Origin: Thermoplasmata archaeon
Lineage (GTDB): Archaea > Thermoplasmatota > Thermoplasmata > UBA10834
NCBI GenBank assembly: GCA_041548485.1
Contig: JBFESP010000002.1
Span: 10,632-74,631, forward strand
Length of the DNA stretch: 64,000 bases
Direction: 5' to 3'
Below, one piece after another: positions 48,200 to 57,133 of the stretch. Within the stretch, counting starts at the first letter, position 1, and each line of letters begins with the position of its first letter. Under the pieces are notes generated by a model. It did not search any database, was not told the DNA's origin, and worked only from the letters and a program-made list of their open reading frames with translations. The translations under genes were made by a program, and so were the position numbers.

Positions 48200-49222
48200 C
48201 TAGACTACAATATTCAGGGAGCGACCACATCCCCTACAGAGATTCCCTTCGAGGGCGTTCCTCGAGATTGAGAGTCCAGTCCTCTCAATCGCAAGGGTTC
48301 CGCACTCTGGGCAGAAGGTGTCATCGCGGTCGCCAGCATGGACATTTCCGAGGTATACGAATTCGAGGCCTGCCTTTCGCGCGACGTCAAAGGCAAGGTC
48401 CAGAGTCTTCATCGGAGTTATCGGAACCTTCGTCAGTCTGTAGTCGGGGTGAAAGGCCGAGAAATGCACGGGGATGTCCGTTCGGAGGCTGTCTCTCACC
48501 CAGTTCACGAAGCCCTCCAACTCTTCGACGGAGTCGTTGTGGCTAGGGATGACAAGATAGGTCAACTCAAGGTGAATCCCCAGTTCGACGGCCCGCTCGC
48601 AAGTCTCGAGCACGGGCGCAAGATGACCTCCGCAGATATCGCGATAGAACTCCTCTCTGAACGACTTGACATCGATATTCATAGCGTCAATGAGGCCCCT
48701 GAGTTCCATCAGTGGCGATTCGCAGATGTATCCGTTGGTAACGTAACTCGTCCTGAGACCAGCCTCGTGGGCGATGCGTGAGGCGTGAGTTGTGAATTCA
48801 TGCCAAATCGTAGGTTCGTTGTAGGTCCATGAAACAGACTTGGCGTCCCAAGACCTCGCGTGACGTACGACGTCCTCCGGAGACAACTTCGTGAGGGAGG
48901 TCTCTGACGGAGAGGCTCTCGAGATGGAATGGTTCTGACAATGACGGCATGTGAGATTACAGCCGACCGAGCCGAAGGATACGGCCGTCGTCCCTGGTAG
49001 GAAATGGAAGAGGGGTTTCTTCTCAATCGGGTCGGGGTGTATCGACGATGCCAAGCCGTATGTCAAAGAGTAGAGCTTGCCATCCCTGTTCTCCCTTACC
49101 CCGCACAGTCCGCGTTTCCCTGTCGCGATCAGGCAGTTGTGAGGACAGAGCAGGCATCTTATCTGCGTCCCATCCGCCTCGTAGAACCTTGCCTCATGAT
49201 TGACGGGATCTGAAGTGCTCAT
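48200..49222 (-). CDS. AmmeMemoRadiSam-system-type radical SAM enzyme (PflA-like)
   Basis: CLLCPHNC...CGVR N-terminal Cys motif and GCNLTCRHCQNHSIS radical SAM cluster, characteristic of the AMMECR1/Memo-associated radical SAM family. Confidence 0.7.
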   Translation of the reverse strand: MSTSDPVNHEARFYEADGTQIRCLLCPHNCLIATGKRGLCGVRENRDGKLYSLTYGLASSIHPDPIEKKPLFHFLPGTTAVSFGSVGCNLTCRHCQNHSISRASPSETSLTKLSPEDVVRHARSWDAKSVSWTYNEPTIWHEFTTHASRIAHEAGLRTSYVTNGYICESPLMELRGLIDAMNIDVKSFREEFYRDICGGHLAPVLETCERAVELGIHLELTYLVIPSHNDSVEELEGFVNWVRDSLRTDIPVHFSAFHPDYRLTKVPITPMKTLDLAFDVARKAGLEFVYLGNVHAGDRDDTFCPECGTLAIERTGLSISRNALEGNLCRGCGRSLNIVV

Positions 49223-50171
49223 ATCCCCGGTTCTCCAGCCTCTCCCTCTTGCCGCTGTCGATAAGAATGTTCTCCTCCCCACTGGTGACCTTCCCGATAA
49301 CTGTCAGTGGACACCCTATGTCGGATGCCAGATTTGCCAGGTCGGTTTCAGCCTCTCGTTTGATTGTGAAGAGCAGCTCATAATCATCGCCGAAGTTGAG
49401 GACTAAGGATTTCTGGCGTTCTAGGTCGTGGAAAGCCAGCTCCACTTCCTTCGCCTTGGAGATGCGAGAATAGTCGATTTCGTAGGTGAGTCCTGAGCTC
49501 CTCGCCAGCTCGAATATCGATGATGATAGTCCATCAGAAATATCCATGCAAGAGGTCACGAACCCGGCGCCTGCGAGAGCTGCGGCCTCCTTAAGCCTTG
49601 GACGGGGGCGCATCAGAGCAGTCTCCGCCTCTCCGAGAGACAGATTGCGCTTCAAGGAGTAGTAACCAGCACCGGCTCTACCGAGTTCGCCGGAGGTAGC
49701 CACGAGGTCTCCAGGTCTAGCGCCTTTTCTCAGCAGGATGTTGTCCCTAGCCACCTCGCCGACCGCAGTACCGCAAAGCGTGAGTGTCTCGTGTTCCTTG
49801 GTGTCGCCCCCGACGATGCTCGTGCCGAAATGCCGCGCGCAGTCGTTCATGCCGTCTACGATCTGCTCAAGATAGTCGATTGGGTGCCCGCGGGTGATCC
49901 CTACCGCTGTGACGACCGCCAGAGGGCGACCGCCCATAGCTGCGATATCGCTGAGATTGACAGCGACAATCGACCAGCCGACATCGTAAGGACCCATACC
50001 CTTCGGGATATGCGTTCTCGGTGCCATCATATCGGTCGTCACCAGGAGGTATCTGTCGCCCATGTCGATTGCGGCACAGTCGTCCCCGATGCCCACCTCG
50101 GCGTCGCTTCTGACGATTCTGTCGATTATCCTAATCGCTCCGCGCTCACCCAGAGTCCCAAGGGTCTTCAC
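49194..50171 (-). CDS. thiL: thiamine-monophosphate kinase (AIR synthase-related fold)
   Basis: GIGDDCAAIDMGDRYLLVTTDMM, GGDTK, PurM-like N and C domains, ThiL-like length. Confidence 0.7.
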   Translation of the reverse strand: MKTLGTLGERGAIRIIDRIVRSDAEVGIGDDCAAIDMGDRYLLVTTDMMAPRTHIPKGMGPYDVGWSIVAVNLSDIAAMGGRPLAVVTAVGITRGHPIDYLEQIVDGMNDCARHFGTSIVGGDTKEHETLTLCGTAVGEVARDNILLRKGARPGDLVATSGELGRAGAGYYSLKRNLSLGEAETALMRPRPRLKEAAALAGAGFVTSCMDISDGLSSSIFELARSSGLTYEIDYSRISKAKEVELAFHDLERQKSLVLNFGDDYELLFTIKREAETDLANLASDIGCPLTVIGKVTSGEENILIDSGKRERLENRGYEHFRSRQS

Positions 50172-50293
50172 AAGGACAGCAGATTGCTGTTTCGTAATTA
50201 AGCCTTTTCAGAGGGTTGGACAGTCTTTAAGAAGACCATGACACAGCTTAACGTACTAATAGGCGAATCAGTATTCTTGCCCGGTAATCTGAA

Positions 50294-51538
50294 ATGAGAG
50301 TCGAGGTGCCCTACGGAGAGGGAACGGAGATAGTGGAGGTCCCAGATGCCAACATGGGAGAGGTCGCCTACCCGAACGAGTTGCCTGAGGCCGACGAGAT
50401 GGAGCTGTTGCAGGAGGCCGTTGACAACCCAATTGATTCTGCGAGCCTCGACGAGTTCCTCCAGGGAGCGAGCAACGTGCTGGTAATCGTCAACGACGCG
50501 ACACGCCCTACTCCCACCGCGAAGATTCTTGACCTGATCGGGTCGACCCTGGATGGTGTAGGGGCGGAATACGTCGTGGCAACTGGCATGCATAGACCTC
50601 CGACAGAGGAGGAATTCAGGTTCGTGTTCGGCCCCCGATATGACTCGATCAAGGAGAGGGTACACTCGCATGATTCCAAGAACAGCGAGTTGGTGCACTT
50701 CGGAACCACTACAAGAGGAACAGATGTGCGGATGAACAAACTCGTCCAGGAGGCTGACCGTATAGTGGTCATTGGGAGCGTCGAACCCCATTACTTCGCG
50801 GGATACACGGGAGGCAGGAAAGCCTTCCTGCCTGGCGTCGCAGCCTACGGAACCATAGAGCAGAACCACAAGTTGGCACTAACCCGTGAAGCCCAGGCAC
50901 TCAACCTGAAGGGTAATCCGGTCCACGAGGATATGCTCGAGGCGATGTCGTTCCTCAACGGGAAGGAGATATTCTCCATCATGGCGGTGTTGGACAAGGA
51001 GCACAAGGTGTGCTCCGCTTACGCGGGAGATATTGACTCGACTTTCGAGGTCGCTGTGAGGAAGGCCGACGAGGTCTTCGTCGTCAAGATGAAGAAGACG
51101 GACATTGTCGTTGCGGTCACTTCGTTCCCTCACGATATTGACCTATACCAGTCCCAGAAGGCCCTTGATAACGCGAAGCACTCCGTCAGAGACGGCGGAA
51201 TTCTAATTCTAGTGAGCGCCTGCAGAACCGGCGTCGGAGCTGACACTTTCCTGAAACTCCTGGCAAGCGCGACGACGCCGAACGAAGCTCTTGAGAAGAT
51301 ATCCCGAGAGTTCAAGCTCGGCTATCACAAAGCAGCAAAGATGGCCGAGATAGGTCTCAGAATGAGGATGTTCGCAGTCACCGGACTCGAGCCGGAGATT
51401 GCCGAGAAGGCTCACATGGTTCCAATGCCCTCCCTCCAAGAGGCTGTGGACAGAGCCCTGGCGGAGCTTGGGTCTGAGTCAAAGGTGACCTTTATAATGG
51501 ACGCTGTGATTACTGTCCCGAAAGTCGAGTCAGACTGA
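50294..51538 (+). CDS. larA: LarA-family (nickel-pincer nucleotide-dependent) 2-hydroxyacid racemase/epimerase; lactate racemase homologue
   Basis: DUF2088-type N-domain, VEPHYFAGYTGGRKAFLPG (the NPN-binding Lys region) and the following His, about 414 aa. Confidence 0.75.
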   Translation: MRVEVPYGEGTEIVEVPDANMGEVAYPNELPEADEMELLQEAVDNPIDSASLDEFLQGASNVLVIVNDATRPTPTAKILDLIGSTLDGVGAEYVVATGMHRPPTEEEFRFVFGPRYDSIKERVHSHDSKNSELVHFGTTTRGTDVRMNKLVQEADRIVVIGSVEPHYFAGYTGGRKAFLPGVAAYGTIEQNHKLALTREAQALNLKGNPVHEDMLEAMSFLNGKEIFSIMAVLDKEHKVCSAYAGDIDSTFEVAVRKADEVFVVKMKKTDIVVAVTSFPHDIDLYQSQKALDNAKHSVRDGGILILVSACRTGVGADTFLKLLASATTPNEALEKISREFKLGYHKAAKMAEIGLRMRMFAVTGLEPEIAEKAHMVPMPSLQEAVDRALAELGSESKVTFIMDAVITVPKVESD

Positions 51539-51582
51539 TGATTCGTTGACCATACATCGCGTCGAAGGGCAAGGAGGGTACT

Positions 51583-52680
51583 GTGGTGGAAGCAGAAAGA
51601 GCGAAGAGGTTCGAGATGGAGATGCTCACATGCACCTTCTGCGGATTCTGCAAGAGCGTCTGTCCCTACTTCGAGGACAACCAATGGGAACCGGCCGTTG
51701 CTAGAGGCAAGGTCATTCTTGCCTACGGCCTAGTAGGAGGAGACCTTGAGCCGGATGATTCCGTCGTGAAGCGAATCTACCAGTGCACGACCTGCAAGGA
51801 CTGTGAACGAAGGTGCCCCTCCAACATCAAAGTGATTGAAATCGTCAAGGCCGCCAGGGGCGATCTCGTCAAGGCAGGTCATATGCTTCCTGCGCACTCG
51901 AAGATCGTGAAGAACATCGAGAAGACGAAAAACCCGTACGGAGAGACGAAGAAGGCGGATTTCGGCGTTCCTTCGAAGGAGGCGGAGATCGGTTACTTCA
52001 TCGGATGCACAGCGCGCTATCGAACCACAGAGATCGCAGAACATTCCATTTCGATTCTGAAGAAGCTCGGCATTGACTTCACGCTCATCGACGAGGTGTG
52101 TTGTGGAAGCACGCTCCATAGAATCGGGCTGCCTCAGGAGGATATCGAGGGGATGATGAATGCGAACCTTGAGGAAGTTAAAAGACTCGGCATCAAGAAG
52201 CTCCTCTTCACGTGCGCAGGCTGCCTGCACATGTTCAAGGAGGAATACACGAAACACACTTCCTATGGGTTCGAGGTCGAGCACATGACCCAATTCCTCG
52301 CGAGGCATGACCTCAAACTGAAGCCACTCAGGAAGAAGATCACGTATCATGACCCGTGCCACATCGGCAGACACATGAAGATCTATGACGAACCCCGCAC
52401 ACTCCTCAGAATGATACCGGAAGCAGAGTATGTGGAGATGAGCGAGAGTAAGGAGACTTCTAGGTGTTGTGGTGGTGGTGGAGGGGTTCGCGCGGCGGAT
52501 CCCGCTGCCGCGCAGAGAATCGCTTCCAGACGTTTGGAAACGGCTTCCGAAATCGCGGATCTGCTCATCACGTCCTGTCCGTTCTGCGTGAGCACTTTGA
52601 GACAGGGGAACGAACTGACTAATGCCGACATAGAGATAATGGACATAACCGAGCTGATCGATGACCTTCTGGAAGTCTAG
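51583..52680 (+). CDS. Fe-S oxidoreductase with a 4Fe-4S dicluster domain and two CCG (cysteine-rich) domains (GlcF/LutA/HdrD-like)
   Basis: CTFCGFCKSVCP and CTTCKDCERRCP ferredoxin motifs, two CCG-type motifs (CCGSTLH..., CCGGGGG...), and the PFC terminal motif. Confidence 0.75.
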   Translation: MVEAERAKRFEMEMLTCTFCGFCKSVCPYFEDNQWEPAVARGKVILAYGLVGGDLEPDDSVVKRIYQCTTCKDCERRCPSNIKVIEIVKAARGDLVKAGHMLPAHSKIVKNIEKTKNPYGETKKADFGVPSKEAEIGYFIGCTARYRTTEIAEHSISILKKLGIDFTLIDEVCCGSTLHRIGLPQEDIEGMMNANLEEVKRLGIKKLLFTCAGCLHMFKEEYTKHTSYGFEVEHMTQFLARHDLKLKPLRKKITYHDPCHIGRHMKIYDEPRTLLRMIPEAEYVEMSESKETSRCCGGGGGVRAADPAAAQRIASRRLETASEIADLLITSCPFCVSTLRQGNELTNADIEIMDITELIDDLLEV

Positions 52681-52697
52681 ACAGGAGGTACTGTGAC

Positions 52698-53585
52698 GTG
52701 AGCACTTCTGCTTCGGCTCTAAGGGTGGGGTCGAGGACGTTCCGGTTCGGCCCCCCGGTGGTGATGGGAGTCATCAATGCCACAACTGATTCCTTCTCGG
52801 GCGACGGCCTAGGAGAGGATACGGGAAGAGCTGTGAAAACGGGATTGCGCATGTTCGCCGCTGGAGCCGTGTTCGTCGACATAGGAGGGGAGTCGACCAG
52901 GCCTGGCGCGGACACTGTACCGACTGATGAAGAGATAAGAAGGACTATCGGGATCGTGAGAGAGTTGGCCAGAAGACATCCTGGCAGAGTCTCCATCGAC
53001 ACGATGAAGGCCGAGGTGGCAAGAGAGGCACTCGAAGCTGGAGCGGCCGTGGTGAACGACGTCAATGGCCTGAGGGGGGAAGGCATGGCGGAGGTGATTG
53101 CTGAGCATGACGCATCAGTCATTATCATGCACATGCAGGGAACCCCGAGAACGATGCAGAAATCACCCAAGTACGGAGATGTCATGGCGGACATATCTGC
53201 CTTCCTTGGGGATAGGATTGCGGCCGCCGAGAAGGCGGGGATACGCGCCAACAAGATAATGATCGACCCTGGCATCGGCTTCGGGAAGAGCCTCGATCAC
53301 AACCTCGAGATACTCACGAGGCTACGAGAGCTGCGCTCGCTGGGAAAGGCAATCGCAATCGGCGTGTCCAGGAAGTCCTTCATCGGCAAGATCACCGGCA
53401 GCTCGGTCGACGACAGGCTGGGTGGATCGCTAGCTACAGCGGTTCTTGCGGCTGCGAATGGTGCCAATGTCATAAGAGCTCACGACGTCCCGGAAACGGC
53501 CCAGGCGTTGCGAGTGGCTTGGCATATCATTCGACTGGCTGATGGCGAACCGCGAAAGTATTTAATCCAGACAGCTATGGGGTGA
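52698..53585 (+). CDS. folP: dihydropteroate synthase
   Basis: MGVINATTDSFSGDG, VDIGGESTRPG, pterin-binding TIM barrel motifs (IDPGIGFGK, IGVSRKSFIG). Confidence 0.85.
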   Translation: MSTSASALRVGSRTFRFGPPVVMGVINATTDSFSGDGLGEDTGRAVKTGLRMFAAGAVFVDIGGESTRPGADTVPTDEEIRRTIGIVRELARRHPGRVSIDTMKAEVAREALEAGAAVVNDVNGLRGEGMAEVIAEHDASVIIMHMQGTPRTMQKSPKYGDVMADISAFLGDRIAAAEKAGIRANKIMIDPGIGFGKSLDHNLEILTRLRELRSLGKAIAIGVSRKSFIGKITGSSVDDRLGGSLATAVLAAANGANVIRAHDVPETAQALRVAWHIIRLADGEPRKYLIQTAMG

Positions 53586-53637
53586 ATGGGCAACACCCCC
53601 AAGGTCATCTCTGCCCACGGAAGACTTAGGTGATCGT

Positions 53638-55452
53638 GTGTCTTCACCTGACAGAACTTTCACACCCGACGAACCGGCGTCAGGTTCGCGCACCACCTCG
53701 GGCTCCTCGAACGACCATGAAAGGGTGATTCTGGAAATCGCCGGAGGGCTTCAAGCTCTGAAGAGGATACTCAGATCTGAGGTCGGCTTGTTCGAGAAGG
53801 AAATCCTGTACAGAGCGGGGCTGGCCGGGGCGGGAGAATACTACGAGAAGAAACAATCGAATCTGAAACCAGGTCCTCCGGCATCCACTCTGGACGAGAT
53901 TCTTCGCGTCTACTCCGCGGAAGGTCTCGGCGATTACAGGGTTGAGAAGATCGATGAGGGAACGCGGACTGCTGAAATAACAGCGAAGAGAGGATTCGAG
54001 ACCCTGACTTTTGGCGTTTCCAGCGAACTGCGGGCCAACCCTTCATGCTCGTACACCTCAGGGTTTCTGGCAGGCATCTGTAAACAGGTCTTCGACGATG
54101 AGGAGACCGGGGCCGGCGAGATTCTCGCCCACGAAACCGAATGTGTCTGTCAGGGAAAAGAAATGTGCAGATTCGTCGTCGCGCCGGCCGGAGAGCTGGA
54201 GAGAATTGGGCACAAGGTGGAGACGGAGGAGGAATCGATATCTGAGCATACGCTCAAGCTCAACGAAGAGATACTCCTCCGAAACCTCGATCTTCAGAAC
54301 CTCGCACTTGCGCTCGAGAGGAAAGTACGGAAGCGTACGGAGGAGCTCAGGAGATCTGAGGACAACTATCGGTCCCTGATCAACCTTTCACCCGACCCGA
54401 TCCTAATCATCGCTATGGACGGCAGGATTCTGTCCGTGAACCGTTCCTGCCTGACCCTGCTTGGATACGGAGACCAGGGTGACCTCAAGGGTCGTCACAT
54501 CGATGACATCCTACCTCAGGACTCCGATGCTTTCCCTGCATTGAAATGGGCACTGGACAAGGAAGGCTCCGTTCACAACTTCCAGATGAATCTGGATACG
54601 AAATCGAACGGAATTGTGACCGTGGAGGCGTCCGCAAGGGTTGCAGAGATCGATAAGGAGGGCTGTATCCAGGCGACACTACGAGACGTGACCGAGAGAA
54701 GCAGACTTGAGAGACAGCTAGTGGAAGCCAAAGAGGAATCCGAATTCCTAAACGATTTGCTGTCCCACGACATTATCAACTACACGACCGCGGCGATGCA
54801 TTTCCTGGACAAGCTTGAGAGGGCACAGGGCCTCTCTGAATCGGAACGAAAGAACATGAGAACCGTATCGAAGGCAATCCGTGGAGCCCACGAATTGTCA
54901 TCGGTCGTAAGAGACGCCAGAAGAGTCGTGGCCCTCGGAAGCAAGGACTGTGAATCGAAGGACTTGGTGGCCGTGCTCCGCGACGCGATAGGTGATTCTA
55001 GGAGAGCCTACCCGGACCGGAGGGTGACCGTCAACTTCAGCCCGCCGACTGAACCATGCAGGGTTAGAGGCAGCCCTCTGTTGACGAGGCTCTTCTCGAA
55101 CCTGTTGACGAACGCCATCAAGTTCGACCACAACGATGAGGTCGTCGTGGACGTGGATATCACACCGGCTCATGAGGAGGAGGATGACTACTGGAGTGTC
55201 AGAGTCGCAGACCACGGGCGAGGAGTACCGGACGACGAGAAGCCGAAGATCTTTGGCAGATACTACAGGCAGGACCACTCAGTTCCTGGAGCAGGGCTGG
55301 GCCTTCATCTGGTGAGTCATCTCGTCGAGTGTTGCGGAGGGACGATACGAGTTGAGAATAGGGTCGAAGGAGACCACAGGAAGGGCACGGTCATGGTCAC
55401 GAATCTTGTGAAGGTCAGTAACGACCAGAACCAGAATGGGCGCCTACGTTGA
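53638..55452 (+). CDS. sensor histidine kinase with N-terminal V4R-like domain, PAS domain and HATPase_c
   Basis: V4R-like Cys pattern (SCSYTSGFLAGIC...ETECVCQGKEMCRFVV), PAS (LINLSPDPILIIAMDGRILSVNRS), dimerisation/His region (LSHDIINY), ATP-binding G boxes (DHGRGVP, GAGLGLHLV). No adjacent response regulator. Confidence 0.75.
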   Translation: MSSPDRTFTPDEPASGSRTTSGSSNDHERVILEIAGGLQALKRILRSEVGLFEKEILYRAGLAGAGEYYEKKQSNLKPGPPASTLDEILRVYSAEGLGDYRVEKIDEGTRTAEITAKRGFETLTFGVSSELRANPSCSYTSGFLAGICKQVFDDEETGAGEILAHETECVCQGKEMCRFVVAPAGELERIGHKVETEEESISEHTLKLNEEILLRNLDLQNLALALERKVRKRTEELRRSEDNYRSLINLSPDPILIIAMDGRILSVNRSCLTLLGYGDQGDLKGRHIDDILPQDSDAFPALKWALDKEGSVHNFQMNLDTKSNGIVTVEASARVAEIDKEGCIQATLRDVTERSRLERQLVEAKEESEFLNDLLSHDIINYTTAAMHFLDKLERAQGLSESERKNMRTVSKAIRGAHELSSVVRDARRVVALGSKDCESKDLVAVLRDAIGDSRRAYPDRRVTVNFSPPTEPCRVRGSPLLTRLFSNLLTNAIKFDHNDEVVVDVDITPAHEEEDDYWSVRVADHGRGVPDDEKPKIFGRYYRQDHSVPGAGLGLHLVSHLVECCGGTIRVENRVEGDHRKGTVMVTNLVKVSNDQNQNGRLR

Positions 55453-55465
55453 TACGGTTCTTGTG

Positions 55466-55541
55466 TGGTGGGCCCGTCGCGATTTGAACGCGAGTTACCA
55501 GCACCCCAAGCTGGAAGGATACCAAGCTACCCCACGGGCCC
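55466..55541 (-). tRNA. tRNA-Pro (anticodon GGG), with encoded 3' CCA
   Basis: Reverse complement GGGCCCGTGGGGTAGC...CCAGC-TTGGGGT-GCTGG...TCGCGTTCAAATCGCGA-CGGGCCC-A-CCA. Immediately downstream of rpoN on the same strand. Confidence 0.85.
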
Positions 55542-55570
55542 GAAAAGAAGGAGAATGGCAGAGGGACGCC

Positions 55571-55759
55571 TCAGTAGGGAGCCACCTCATCAATCAGGTT
55601 TGCATGCGTCAGTATCATCCGCCTGCAGCAGTATCGCTCGAGACGCAATGCGTCGAGAACCTCCTTCGGCGACTCCCCCATATCGGTCCTCCTGACGAAC
55701 TCCTCAAACGCGCTACCTACAACCCTGCCGCAAGTGAAGCATCGAACTGGGATTATCAT
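55571..55759 (-). CDS. rpoN: DNA-directed RNA polymerase subunit N (Rpb10 homologue)
   Basis: [15 protein letters not shown]...[10 protein letters not shown] zinc-bundle signature, 62 aa. Confidence 0.85.
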   Translation of the reverse strand: MIIPVRCFTCGRVVGSAFEEFVRRTDMGESPKEVLDALRLERYCCRRMILTHANLIDEVAPY

Positions 55760-55763
55760 TCTA

Positions 55764-56162
55764 TCACCTGTAGGACTTCTGACGCTTCTTCCTCGCGCCT
55801 CTTCCGAGCGGCTTCTTCGGGAGTTTCCTTCTCGGATCGGACACGAGAAGAGACCGATCGTATTTCGAATAGAGCTCCTGCAAGTCTCCGTCCCCTAGGA
55901 ACCGTACGAGCCCCTTCGCTATAGCCGTCCTGGAGGCAGCCGCCTGACCCATGAACCCGCCACCCTGTACGTTGATGTCGATATCAACCTTCGAGGCTCT
56001 GTCGCCGGCAAGCATGAGTGGTTCCTTGATCTTGACTCTCGCGAGATAGGGTTCGAAAATCTCCAATGGGACGCTATTCACGCGGACCAGCCCGCGGCCC
56101 TTTCTGACGGTTGCTCTCGCGACCGCGCTCTTCCTCTTGCCGCTGACTACGACGACCTTCAT
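55764..56162 (-). CDS. rps9: 30S ribosomal protein S9 (uS9)
   Basis: [12 protein letters not shown]..., [21 protein letters not shown]-terminal basic tail ...KKRQKSYR. Confidence 0.9.
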   Translation of the reverse strand: MKVVVVSGKRKSAVARATVRKGRGLVRVNSVPLEIFEPYLARVKIKEPLMLAGDRASKVDIDINVQGGGFMGQAAASRTAIAKGLVRFLGDGDLQELYSKYDRSLLVSDPRRKLPKKPLGRGARKKRQKSYR

Positions 56163-56166
56163 GACA

Positions 56167-56583
56167 TCACATCCTCCTGGAACCGAGTTCTCTGGAGATC
56201 TCCTCGAGATACACGTATCGGACCAGACGCGGCTTCTTAGCCACCTCCGGGCTCTCGGCCTTTATCTCACGAAGCTCCGACGGGACACCTACATACACTC
56301 TCAGCCGCTTGTATGCTTCCTTCCCAGAAGTCTTCCTATAATCCAACATGCCCCTGACAGTGCGCCTGAATATCATGTCGGCGGATCGGGGATATTTCGG
56401 GCCGCTGATGTCCTTTCCACGGGCCCGCCTCTGGGCGTAGTGCTCTAGAAGCTGTGCCTTTCTGCCGGAAATCTTGACCTTCTGCGCGTTGACAATGGTG
56501 ATCTCCTCGCCGTTGAGCAGCCGCTTGGCCACATGCGTGCAGAGTCTCCCGAGGACCTGCTCCTGCGCGTCTATGACTGCCAT
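56167..56583 (-). CDS. rpl13: 50S ribosomal protein L13 (uL13)
   Basis: MAVIDAQEQVLGRLCTHVAKRLLNGEEITIVNAQKVKISG is the uL13 signature. Confidence 0.9.
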   Translation of the reverse strand: MAVIDAQEQVLGRLCTHVAKRLLNGEEITIVNAQKVKISGRKAQLLEHYAQRRARGKDISGPKYPRSADMIFRRTVRGMLDYRKTSGKEAYKRLRVYVGVPSELREIKAESPEVAKKPRLVRYVYLEEISRELGSRRM

Positions 56584-56587
56584 ATGA

Positions 56588-56971
56588 TCACCCCATTATC
56601 CTCACTTTCGATCCCTTGGGGTTGCTCTTGACAAGCTCCTCCAAGGAAAGGCTTCTACCTCCGGCGCTCGCAACCTTCTCCTTCGCTTGGCCAGTGCACC
56701 GGAATGCAGCCACGGTCACCTTCTTCTTCAAATCGCCCGCGCCCAGCAACTTGCCCGGAACGACGATGACGTCGTCCTCGTTGGCGTGCCTATCTATCTT
56801 TCCCACGTTGACCTCAGCCCAGTGACTAGCGGGGCCCTCAAGTCTCAACGCGATGTCTCGCCAGATAGGCGCCTCGTTGGTCCTGCTAGCATCCTTCAGA
56901 TGCTGCACCAGGGTCAAGAGGTGGGGGTTCGTTTTCCTGCTGTTTCTTCCCATTTCTGACTCCTCCGACAT
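56588..56971 (-). CDS. rpl18e: 50S ribosomal protein L18e
   Basis: NPHLLTLVQHLK...APIWRDIALRL...VIVVPGKLLGAG, the typical archaeal L18e, in its conserved position upstream of L13-S9-RpoN. Confidence 0.8.
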   Translation of the reverse strand: MSEESEMGRNSRKTNPHLLTLVQHLKDASRTNEAPIWRDIALRLEGPASHWAEVNVGKIDRHANEDDVIVVPGKLLGAGDLKKKVTVAAFRCTGQAKEKVASAGGRSLSLEELVKSNPKGSKVRIMG

Positions 56972-57133
56972 CAGAGAGCAGGCGAGTAAATGTACGTTCT
57001 ATTTATAAAGCTTTGGATATCATCGGAATGCTGGCCAGACGCGGCAGATGGGATGCTGAGGTGGGTTCCCGCAGACCTCTGCGCCCCGGTCATGGTCCGC
57101 GACAACCAGAGCTGGAGCCAAGAGAAGATATAT

